A stretch of 64,000 nt of DNA from an uncultured Acidobacteriaceae bacterium (GTDB lineage Bacteria; Acidobacteriota; Terriglobia; Terriglobales; Acidobacteriaceae), in contig CAVYWC010000007.1 in the NCBI GenBank assembly GCA_963772045.1, forward strand, positions 438,023 to 502,022, in the 5' to 3' direction. Under the pieces are notes generated by a model. That model did not search any database. It saw nothing but the letters and a program-made list of their open reading frames with translations, and was not told the DNA's origin. Each line of letters begins with the position of its first letter. Within the stretch, counting starts at the first letter, position 1. Below are positions 53,898 through 62,060 of the stretch, in pieces. The position numbers and the translations under genes are program-made.

Positions 53898-54812
53898 TTA
53901 CTCGCTCGGTTGTGGGCCGGTGAACTCCGAACAACAAGGCTTCTGCGTCGGCTTGAACTCCATCAGTTCAATGCGCGTCAGATCCGGATCGTAGATATTC
54001 AGCTGCCACTTGCCGTCTCTTCCCATTTGTGCCCGCTCGTCGCCGTGCGGATTCCAGCCATGCGACGACTCCAGCAGCGCCTGCGCTTTCTTCATATCCA
54101 CCACGCCCAGAGAAACGTGATTCATCACTCCCGTCAACTGCAGGTCAGGATGTGCGGGCTGATTCAGCATGTACTCGAGCCAGTCAGTGCCGTCGGGAAC
54201 CTGCAACGAGAACCAATCGGTTTCGTCGTCTTTCATCCCGCCATGCCAGTACGGACGAAAGCCGAGAATTTCGCGATAGAAGTGGTCCTCGGCTTCCTGA
54301 TGGTAGACGAGAAATCCCGCGTGGATGATATGGTGCGAAACTGCCGTCACCGGCGCCGCCGGAATGTTCTCTTTTCCGCGTTCCACAAACTCCACGCGAT
54401 GGCCATCGGGATCGTTGACCGTGAAGCTCAGACTGTGGTCAGAGCGCCCCTCGATATGCGAGGGCTTGATCCCTTTTTCCACCAGATAACGGCGCAGCGC
54501 CACAATGTTATCCGTCGTGAAAGCCACGTGATCCATCCGGTCGGTCGCTTTGGGATCGGGCGCAGGCGAGTATCCGATCCATTGCCGGCCGACCATGTAG
54601 CGCAAAATTTGTCCGGGCTCAACCGGCGCAGCCGACGGCAGTCCCAGTACATTGACGTAAAGCTTGTTCACTTCGTCGGCAGAAGTTGTATAGAACGCGA
54701 CGTGATCCACGCCGGTAATGTGTGGCCGCTTGACTGTGGATTGGGCCGAAGATGAAGAAGAAGCGAAACCTGCAATGATGAGAACACTGCAGCAAAGCAT
54801 GGGGATTTTCAT
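53898..54812 (-). CDS. Secreted two-domain VOC (glyoxalase/dioxygenase-fold) protein
   Basis: Signal peptide followed by two VOC modules (ITGVDHVAFYT..., HIIHAGFLVYH..., MNHVSLGV...). Confidence 0.7.
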   Translation of the reverse strand: MKIPMLCCSVLIIAGFASSSSSAQSTVKRPHITGVDHVAFYTTSADEVNKLYVNVLGLPSAAPVEPGQILRYMVGRQWIGYSPAPDPKATDRMDHVAFTTDNIVALRRYLVEKGIKPSHIEGRSDHSLSFTVNDPDGHRVEFVERGKENIPAAPVTAVSHHIIHAGFLVYHQEAEDHFYREILGFRPYWHGGMKDDETDWFSLQVPDGTDWLEYMLNQPAHPDLQLTGVMNHVSLGVVDMKKAQALLESSHGWNPHGDERAQMGRDGKWQLNIYDPDLTRIELMEFKPTQKPCCSEFTGPQPSE

Positions 54813-54956
54813 GGCGGTTCGATTCTAGATCAGCAGGAGCGGATTTTCGATTGCAAAGGCGTAGCTTTCATCTGCGCCCAAATGTAGCTCCGGGCGCATT
54901 CGTCCGGGCTTGCGCGAAGCGTAATAAGCCTGCAAGATGGCGAGGTTCCAACCCTC

Positions 54957-55763
54957 CTATACTCCGTCGAGAAATTGCCGCAGCAGGCGCGCGGCTTCCT
55001 GCGGCTGTTCCCACGGCGAGTAATGTCCAGCCTTGGGAATCACGCGCAACTTGCTTCCGGAAATGTGTTGGCGCATGACTTCCGCTTCATTGATTCCCGT
55101 CATGATGTCTTCGTCGCCGGTCACAAGCAGTGTGGGAACATTGATGGTCTTTAATGTATCAACCGAGTCTGGGCGCACGGCCATGCCACGCTGCACTTGC
55201 GCAATATCATCGGGCGACATCTTTCGCATCATGCGAAGCGCGTTCTCGACCAGGTCAGGACGCGATTCGCGCGTACTCTTGCCCAATAGCTTCGGGATCA
55301 TCGATTCGAGAAATGGTTCCGTGCCGCGCTCCAGAACGTCATTCGCGGCCTGCAGACGTCCAGCTCGCGCTTCCGGCCCATCCGCCATAGCCTTCGTGTT
55401 GAACAGGGCAAGCGCTGCCGCTCGGCCGCGAAACTTGCGCCAGAATTCGAAAATGTTGTATCCGCCGATCGAGACTCCGATGATCGGAGCTCGACCAACG
55501 TCCGCATCGTCCATGACTCGCGCAATATCGGCTGCGTGTTTCTGCATGGTCGCCGGCCCGTCGCCGACTCCAGAATCGCCGTGCCCGCGCAGATCGGGAA
55601 GGATCAGCCGATAACGCGCCGAAAGCGCTTCGGCCACCGGCAGCCAAAACTCGTGATGCACAGGAAACGGATGCAGAAGAACGACGGGTGATCCATCACC
55701 GAGAGTCCAATAGACGATCTCAGCATCGTCGCTTTTGATCCGCTGCGAAGAGGTGTCGCTCAT
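54957..55763 (-). CDS. Alpha/beta hydrolase
   Basis: The motifs VVLLHPFP and LRGHGDS and the nucleophile elbow GVSIGG are present. A C-terminal catalytic His lies in GHYSPWE. Confidence 0.85.
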   Translation of the reverse strand: MSDTSSQRIKSDDAEIVYWTLGDGSPVVLLHPFPVHHEFWLPVAEALSARYRLILPDLRGHGDSGVGDGPATMQKHAADIARVMDDADVGRAPIIGVSIGGYNIFEFWRKFRGRAAALALFNTKAMADGPEARAGRLQAANDVLERGTEPFLESMIPKLLGKSTRESRPDLVENALRMMRKMSPDDIAQVQRGMAVRPDSVDTLKTINVPTLLVTGDEDIMTGINEAEVMRQHISGSKLRVIPKAGHYSPWEQPQEAARLLRQFLDGV

Positions 55764-55978
55764 GAAGAAGAATTAAAACACAGTCTCCGGACACGCAGCA
55801 TGGGCTAAGCGGTTGCGGTGCGACGGCCGGAGTAACCGCCGGCGTGACGAGCTTCGAACTATGTCTCTCTTCATTTCGCCAGTAAATCCATTTGCAGACT
55901 AGAGAGCACGTGTGGCAGAGTCCTCACTTGCGTATGAAGCCTGAAGTCGGAGGCCCGAGGTCCGAAGCCAGATCTTAT

Positions 55979-57637
55979 ATGCACTCTTCAAGCCAGCAAC
56001 GGGCGATCGTATTCGCCGCCATTTTCGTCGTCGTCTTTCTGTTACACGCTCGGCTGCTGCAGCTTCCTTACTTCTGGGACGAAGCTGGATACTACGTTCC
56101 TGCCGCCCGCGACATTCTGCTCACCGGCAGCCTGATTCCGCATACGACCGTCTCGAACGCTCATCCCCCACTGGTCATGGCGTGGGTTGCGCTCTGGTGG
56201 AAACTGGCAGGCTACGCGCCTCTGGTGACTCGCTCCGCCATGCTGGTGGTTGCCGCGTTCTCCCTCCTTGGCCTATTTCGGCTTGCCGAGCGCGCGGCCA
56301 ATACGGAAGTGGCGATCGCATCGGCATTTTGTACGGCCCTGTATCCGGTATTTTTTGCGCAGAGTTCGTTGGCGCAGGTCGATCTGGCTGCTGCCGGCCT
56401 CACGTTCTGGGGATTGTGCTCGTATCTCGAAGACCGACCGGTCGCGACAGCGGCTTGGTTTTCGCTGGCAGCGCTCGCCAAAGAGACGGCGATCATCACG
56501 CCTCTGGCCTTGCTGAGCTGGGCGCTTTTGTGCGCGTTGCTGCCTGGATCAAGTCAGCCTATGGCGAGAGGGAAGTCGAGCTGCGCTCGACCGGACAGCA
56601 GACGGCGGCTTTCCCCACATGGACTCTGCTGGCCACAAATTCTTCCACTCTTGCTATCAGTCATTCCGCTGACGATCTGGTACGCCTACCACTATTCTCG
56701 CACCGGATACGTCTTCGGCAATCCAGAATTCTTCCGTTACAACGTGGCGGGGACGCTGAACCCAGTGCGTTTTGTTCTCGCGCTCGCGCTTCGTCTGTGG
56801 CAAACGTTCGGATACATGCATCTGTGGTTTCTGACGTTAGCTATGCTGCTCGCGATGTCACTGCCACCGGTAAAAGAGGAAGGCAGCGAGCGGCAGCGGA
56901 TCGCCATCCCGATGCAAGCGATTCTCTTCGTCGTGATTGCTGCATCCATCATTGCCATGGCGCTGATTGGCGGAGCCGTGCTGGCCCGCTACATGCTCCC
57001 TGTAGTTCCGCTGGTGATCATCCTGGCGGTCTCGACGGTGAGGAGGCGGCTGCGTTACTGGCGTGCAGCGATTGCGGTGATCGCCCTCGCATTCGTTGCT
57101 GGGTGGTATTGGAACCCTCCCTACGGATTCTCCCCCGAAGACAATCTCAGCTACCGCGACTATGTTGTCCTTCACCAGAAGGCCGAGAGCTTTCTTGAGG
57201 CTCGTTATCCCATGGCGCACGTTCTCACTGCCTGGCCAGCTTCAGATGAGCTGACGCGTCCGTGGCTTGGCTATGTGACACGTCCAGTACAAGTCGTGCG
57301 CATCGAGGATTTTTCGGCGGAGCAAGTGATCTCAGCGGCCGATTTTCGCGAGCATTACGAAGTCGCGCTCGTGTTCTCCACGAAGGACGAACCGGAGCAT
57401 CCGCTGCTGGAGCGCTGGATGATTTCGAACGGACACGCAAGCCGATGGCGAGCGGACGCCTTGGTCCGCTGGCAGAATCTGAAACGTCGCTTCTTCGGCT
57501 ATCACCGCGATCTGCCACCGCAAGCTGCGGCAATGATCCTCGGCGGGCATATCGTGTTCTCAGAAGAACGTAAAGGCCAGTGGGTCGCGGTGATCGAGAT
57601 GGAAAGAAGAAAATCGATAGAACTCGCATCGAGGTGA
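55979..57637 (+). CDS. GT39/ArnT-like (GT-C) polytopic membrane protein
   Basis: First-loop motif LPYFWDEAGYYVPAARD, at least 10 TM helices and a soluble C-terminal domain. The start is uncertain (55892, 55934 or 55979). Confidence 0.65.
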   Translation: MHSSSQQRAIVFAAIFVVVFLLHARLLQLPYFWDEAGYYVPAARDILLTGSLIPHTTVSNAHPPLVMAWVALWWKLAGYAPLVTRSAMLVVAAFSLLGLFRLAERAANTEVAIASAFCTALYPVFFAQSSLAQVDLAAAGLTFWGLCSYLEDRPVATAAWFSLAALAKETAIITPLALLSWALLCALLPGSSQPMARGKSSCARPDSRRRLSPHGLCWPQILPLLLSVIPLTIWYAYHYSRTGYVFGNPEFFRYNVAGTLNPVRFVLALALRLWQTFGYMHLWFLTLAMLLAMSLPPVKEEGSERQRIAIPMQAILFVVIAASIIAMALIGGAVLARYMLPVVPLVIILAVSTVRRRLRYWRAAIAVIALAFVAGWYWNPPYGFSPEDNLSYRDYVVLHQKAESFLEARYPMAHVLTAWPASDELTRPWLGYVTRPVQVVRIEDFSAEQVISAADFREHYEVALVFSTKDEPEHPLLERWMISNGHASRWRADALVRWQNLKRRFFGYHRDLPPQAAAMILGGHIVFSEERKGQWVAVIEMERRKSIELASR

Positions 57638-57745
57638 GGAACGGAAGAGGGCTCTTGACAACCACTAGCGTTGCTGCTATTTCTGTAACAACAGAAAATA
57701 CAGATAGTACGAGCGATACTGGCGTGTCGCCAAGAGAGGGATCTT

Positions 57746-59140
57746 ATGAAGCTCATCTTTCCCGATCTGTTGCGCCCTAACGGTACCGTTGGCCGGGGCA
57801 CCTACGCTTTGATAGGAGTGCTGGGGTTCGCGCTGAAGCATAATCTTGATCGCCTGCTTGCAACATACATATTCCATCGCCCATGGAGCGTCTTCAACTA
57901 TTGGGTTCCCGTGCGTGACGTCACCCGCATCACGCAATTGCGAGGCAGCGAAGCCGGATTTCTGGCATCGATGGCTGCACTCGCATTGCCGTTTATCTGG
58001 ATTGGCGTTGTCTTGACCATGAAGCGCTTGCGGAGTGCGGCTCTCCCCATGCCCTTGCTTGTTCTGTTCTTCGTTCCCTTTCTCAACCTTGTCTTCTTTC
58101 TCGTCCTGTGCCTGCTGCCGTCGCGCATGCCCAACGAAGGGTCAGGCTACGACTCCGCCCGACAGGATTTCTCGGTTCGCCGAATCATTCCCAAGACCGC
58201 CACGGGCAGCGCGGCTATTTCTTTATTGATAACAGTCCCTCTCGGCCTAGCTCTTGCCCTGCTGGGAACGCAGTTGCTCAGGAACTATGGTTGGGGCCTC
58301 TTCGTAGCTCTTCCGTTTGCGATGGGCTTTGGCGCGGTGCTTATTTACGGGACTCATCAGCCGCGCACTTTGGCGCACTGCATCGCGGTTGCCTGCCTCG
58401 CGGTAGCTTTGCTGGGGGCGGCCCTGTTGGCGTTAGCGTTTGAAGGTGTAGTTTGCCTGTTGATGGCCGCTCCGATTGCCTTTCCACTGGCAATTTTCGG
58501 GGGAATCTGTGCCCACTTCGTGCAGCGACGTCGCTGGCTGCATCGGGATGTCCCGGCCTTTCTGTCTCTCCTGCTGATTTTCGTTCCGGGGATCGAATTA
58601 GCAGAGCACGCCGTCAAAGTTGCTCCGCCGCTATACGTCGTGCGAACGTCGGTTGATATCCAGGCTCCTCCCGAAAGAGTCTGGCGAGAGGTAATTGCTT
58701 TCTCCGAGATTCCTGCGCCAAGCGGATGGATTTTCCGCGCCGGGATTGCCTACCCTCTGCGCGCTGAAATGGTGGGTACTGGCGTCGGTGCTGAGCGACA
58801 TTGTGTCTTCTCCACCGGGACATTTGTGGAACCGATAGAGGTCTGGGATGAACCGCGCCGGCTGAAATTTTCTGTCGTCTCCAATCCTCCTCCAATGCAG
58901 GAATGGACTCCCTACTCGCACATCGATACTCCACATTTGCACGGATTCCTCGTCTCCGAAGGAGGGCAATTTCTTCTCACGCTGCTGCCTGGTGGCGGTA
59001 CGCGCCTCGAAGGCGCGACTTGGTATAAACACGGCCTTTGGCCTGCCTCTTATTGGCGCCTGTGGTCAGATGCCATCATTCACCGCATTCATCTTCGTGT
59101 GCTTAGGCACATTCGTGATGAAGCGGAAGCCAACACTTGA
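57746..59140 (+). CDS. Membrane protein: DUF805-like N-terminus + extra TM helices + C-terminal SRPBCC-like domain
   Basis: GAGGG RBS. DUF805-like pattern GRGTYALIG...MKRLRSAALPMPLLVLFFVPFLNLVFFLVL. The C-terminal part, SVDIQAPPERVWREVIAFSEIP..., looks like an SRPBCC/polyketide-cyclase fold. Confidence 0.6.
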   Translation: MKLIFPDLLRPNGTVGRGTYALIGVLGFALKHNLDRLLATYIFHRPWSVFNYWVPVRDVTRITQLRGSEAGFLASMAALALPFIWIGVVLTMKRLRSAALPMPLLVLFFVPFLNLVFFLVLCLLPSRMPNEGSGYDSARQDFSVRRIIPKTATGSAAISLLITVPLGLALALLGTQLLRNYGWGLFVALPFAMGFGAVLIYGTHQPRTLAHCIAVACLAVALLGAALLALAFEGVVCLLMAAPIAFPLAIFGGICAHFVQRRRWLHRDVPAFLSLLLIFVPGIELAEHAVKVAPPLYVVRTSVDIQAPPERVWREVIAFSEIPAPSGWIFRAGIAYPLRAEMVGTGVGAERHCVFSTGTFVEPIEVWDEPRRLKFSVVSNPPPMQEWTPYSHIDTPHLHGFLVSEGGQFLLTLLPGGGTRLEGATWYKHGLWPASYWRLWSDAIIHRIHLRVLRHIRDEAEANT

Positions 59141-59145
59141 CTCAT

Positions 59146-60390
59146 TTATCCCCTCTGCATCAGATGGCAGGAATGCGTTTTGATCACCAGCCAGACTTGG
59201 CGTCCAGGCTCGAGTTGCAGGGAATCGCGAGCGGCCAAGGTGAGATGCGCTTCCATCTCCACGCCGGAAGCTCTTGCGTTCTCGGTAAAGTTCGTCAGGC
59301 CGCAATTCACGAGTGCGGCCACGATCACATCGCGCTGCTCCAGTGATATCACGCGGCCGGGAAGCACATTGCGGGCACTCAGGCCCCGGGGGAGGAAAGT
59401 CGCCAGCAGAATGTCGCCTGCGCGAATTCCGACCCGCAGTGTGGACCCAACCTCGGCACGTACCAGAGGAGTCTCAAGAGAGACCGGCTCATTCTCGTCG
59501 GCGAGCGTCGTGACCCGGCACGTCATGCTCCCCTGTTCAGGGTGAACTGCCTCGACCGTCACGTCGAAGATATTTTCGAATCCGGCCAATTCGGCGACGG
59601 TTTCCTGCAGGGGCGCGGTCATGACTTCGTGCGGAGTGCCCTGCGCGACGATGCGTCCGCGCTCGAGCACGATCACGCGCTCCCCGAGAGCAAAAACTTC
59701 CTCGCGGCTGTGCGTGACATAAAGAATGGGAATGCGGTGAGTGCGGTTCCAACTGCGCAAGTCATCGATGATCTTCGATTTCGTCGGCGCATCGAGAGCC
59801 GAAAGCGGTTCGTCGAGCAATAGCACGGCAGGATCGGTCACCAGAGTTCGTGCCAGCGCGACGCGCTGACTTTCGCCGCCGGAAATTTCGCGCGCAGAGC
59901 GGGAAGCAAGAGGCTCTATGCGGAGCGCCCGAAGAATCGCAGCGATGCCGGCCTTGCGCTCGGGCGGTGGCAGTTTGGCAAGGCCATAAGCAATGTTATG
60001 TTCGACGGTCAGGTGAGGGAACAATGCGAGGTTCTGAAAGACATATCCCACGCGGCGCTTGGCTACAGGCAGGTCAATACGCGATGTCATGTCGTACAAG
60101 ACGCGCTCGCCAACTTGAATGCGTCCTTCCTCCGGAGTGACTAATCCTGCGACGCAATCGAGCAGAGTGGTTTTTCCCGCTCCTGAGGCGCCAAACAGAA
60201 TCGTGAATCCGGGCGCGGCCTGGAAGTCAACATCCAGAATGAAATCACCGAGTTGTTTGCGAATGCGGACTGCAAGGCGAGGATTTTCGAATGCGGAAGC
60301 TGGCGAGAGGGACGGCGCTTGCGCAACCGGCGTGCCGGCTTCGGCTTTGGGCACTGCTTCGGCGCCAGCGAGTTCGCGGGTGTCGCTCAT
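59146..60390 (-). CDS. modC: Molybdate ABC transporter ATP-binding protein with C-terminal TOBE domains
   Basis: Walker A GASGAGKTT, signature ISGGESQRVALARTL, Walker B LLLDEPLSALD, and a TOBE-like tail. There is an N-terminal extension of about 40 aa. Confidence 0.85.
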   Translation of the reverse strand: MSDTRELAGAEAVPKAEAGTPVAQAPSLSPASAFENPRLAVRIRKQLGDFILDVDFQAAPGFTILFGASGAGKTTLLDCVAGLVTPEEGRIQVGERVLYDMTSRIDLPVAKRRVGYVFQNLALFPHLTVEHNIAYGLAKLPPPERKAGIAAILRALRIEPLASRSAREISGGESQRVALARTLVTDPAVLLLDEPLSALDAPTKSKIIDDLRSWNRTHRIPILYVTHSREEVFALGERVIVLERGRIVAQGTPHEVMTAPLQETVAELAGFENIFDVTVEAVHPEQGSMTCRVTTLADENEPVSLETPLVRAEVGSTLRVGIRAGDILLATFLPRGLSARNVLPGRVISLEQRDVIVAALVNCGLTNFTENARASGVEMEAHLTLAARDSLQLEPGRQVWLVIKTHSCHLMQRG

Positions 60391-60410
60391 CCGGCTTTCA
60401 TTCTACGGTT

Positions 60411-61091
60411 TCACGCTACGGGTTTCACGGCCCAGGCTTTGCGATTCGTGCCATAGACGATGGCCAGCAGCGCAAAGCAGAGGACGAGCAGCAGTAGAGC
60501 GGTGGCGTTTGCGCCGGCGTAGTCTGAGGCCTGCACGCGATCATAAATGTCAATCGAAACCGTCCGCGTGACGCCCGGAATATTACCGCCGACCATAAGC
60601 ACGACCCCGAACTCTCCCATGGTATGTGCGAAGCTCAAGGCCGCGCCAGTAATGAGGCCAGGAACGGAGAGTGGAGCGACCACGCGGAAAAATGTTCGCA
60701 AGGAAGAAGCGCCGAGCGTCGCCGACGCGGCGATCAGCTTGCGGTCGACGGCCGCGAACGACGCCGCAAACGGCTGCACCGCGAAGGGGAGGCTGTAGAT
60801 GATCGATCCGATCACGAGTCCCCAGAAGGTGAACGCCAGCGTATGGCCGGTGAGTGCAATCCACCAGCGCCCGAGCGGGCTGCGAGGTCCAAGCGCGACC
60901 AGCACATAAAAACCAAGTACGGTTGGCGGAAGGACAATCGGCAAGGCCACCACAGCTTCGATGAGGAACTTCCAGCGCGTGCGGGAAAACGCGACCCAAT
61001 ACGCAATGGGCAGCCCGATCACAAACAACGTCGCCGACACAATCACCGCCAACTGCAGTGTTAGCCAGAATGCTTGCCAGTTAATCGCCAT
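60411..61091 (-). CDS. modB: Molybdate ABC transporter permease
   Basis: The pattern FAHTMGEFGVVLMVGGNIPGVTRTVSIDIY is ModB-typical. ATG 61091 is preferred over 61154. Confidence 0.85.
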   Translation of the reverse strand: MAINWQAFWLTLQLAVIVSATLFVIGLPIAYWVAFSRTRWKFLIEAVVALPIVLPPTVLGFYVLVALGPRSPLGRWWIALTGHTLAFTFWGLVIGSIIYSLPFAVQPFAASFAAVDRKLIAASATLGASSLRTFFRVVAPLSVPGLITGAALSFAHTMGEFGVVLMVGGNIPGVTRTVSIDIYDRVQASDYAGANATALLLLVLCFALLAIVYGTNRKAWAVKPVA

Positions 61092-61150
61092 GGGAGAGAT
61101 TTGAGGAATCTGCCGTGCCTGCCCACGGCTTGAAGCCCAGGTAATCTTTA

Positions 61151-62056
61151 TCACGGCACTTCGAATCCGTACTTCCTCAGCAATTCCGCCGTTTGTTTTG
61201 TCTTTATGTAGGCCAGAAACTCTGCGGCTTCTTTCTTATGTTGCGAATGCGAGACGATCACCACTCCCTGTGCGAGCGGCGGATAGTCTTCGGCGAGAAC
61301 GATCCAATACTTACCTTTCCCCTGCATTGAAGGAGCGACGGCATGAGCCAGCGCGACAAATCCGACCTGCGCGTTGCCGGACTCCACAAATTGCGCAGCC
61401 TGCGAAATATTTTCCCCCAGCACCAGACGATCCGAGACGCGGTCATAGAGTCCTCTATGCTTCAGTGCGGCAACCGCGGCGCGGCCGTATGGAGCGTGCT
61501 CAGGATTGGCGATCGCAATCTTCTTTACTGAAGGATCGAGTAGAACGTTCATCCCTTTCTGATCAAGGTCAAGCGGCGAGTTGGCCGGAACCCAGAGCAC
61601 CAGCCTGCCAATCGCGTATTCATACAGACTTCCAGCGTCGGCATCGCCGGCTGCGACGAGCCTGCGGGGATAATCCATGTCCGCCGAAAGGAAAAGGTCA
61701 AACGGAGCTCCGTTCTCGATCTGTTGGGTGAGCGCGCCCGACGCTCCAAATGACAGCTTCACGACGATTCCGGTCTGTTTCTGGTACCGGTCGCCGACCT
61801 CCTGCAGCACGGAACTGAGATCGGCCGCGGCCGCAATCGTCAATTCTTTGGAGTTTGATGGCTGTTGAGCCGACGCAAGCACTGGTGCAAACAAGCAAAT
61901 CGCGAGGGCTAACGTCACGATCACTGCGCTGATTTGGCCCAATAGCGGAAGACGCGCGAGACTCGCTTTCCCAAAGTGGGCCGATATTTCTCGCGAGATT
62001 CCGCTTTTGCGTTGATTCGTTTTCACTGGTTTCCCATACTTGCGCATGAGCGTCAC
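61151..62056 (-). CDS. modA: Molybdate-binding periplasmic protein
   Basis: The pattern LTIAAAADL...SFGASGALTQQIENGAPFDLFLSAD is ModA-typical. The start is uncertain, because ATG 62056/62047 abuts the divergent gene and an in-frame TTG would give MGQISAVIVTLALAICLFAPVLASA. Confidence 0.8.
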   Translation of the reverse strand: MTLMRKYGKPVKTNQRKSGISREISAHFGKASLARLPLLGQISAVIVTLALAICLFAPVLASAQQPSNSKELTIAAAADLSSVLQEVGDRYQKQTGIVVKLSFGASGALTQQIENGAPFDLFLSADMDYPRRLVAAGDADAGSLYEYAIGRLVLWVPANSPLDLDQKGMNVLLDPSVKKIAIANPEHAPYGRAAVAALKHRGLYDRVSDRLVLGENISQAAQFVESGNAQVGFVALAHAVAPSMQGKGKYWIVLAEDYPPLAQGVVIVSHSQHKKEAAEFLAYIKTKQTAELLRKYGFEVP

Positions 62057-62060
62057 TTTT

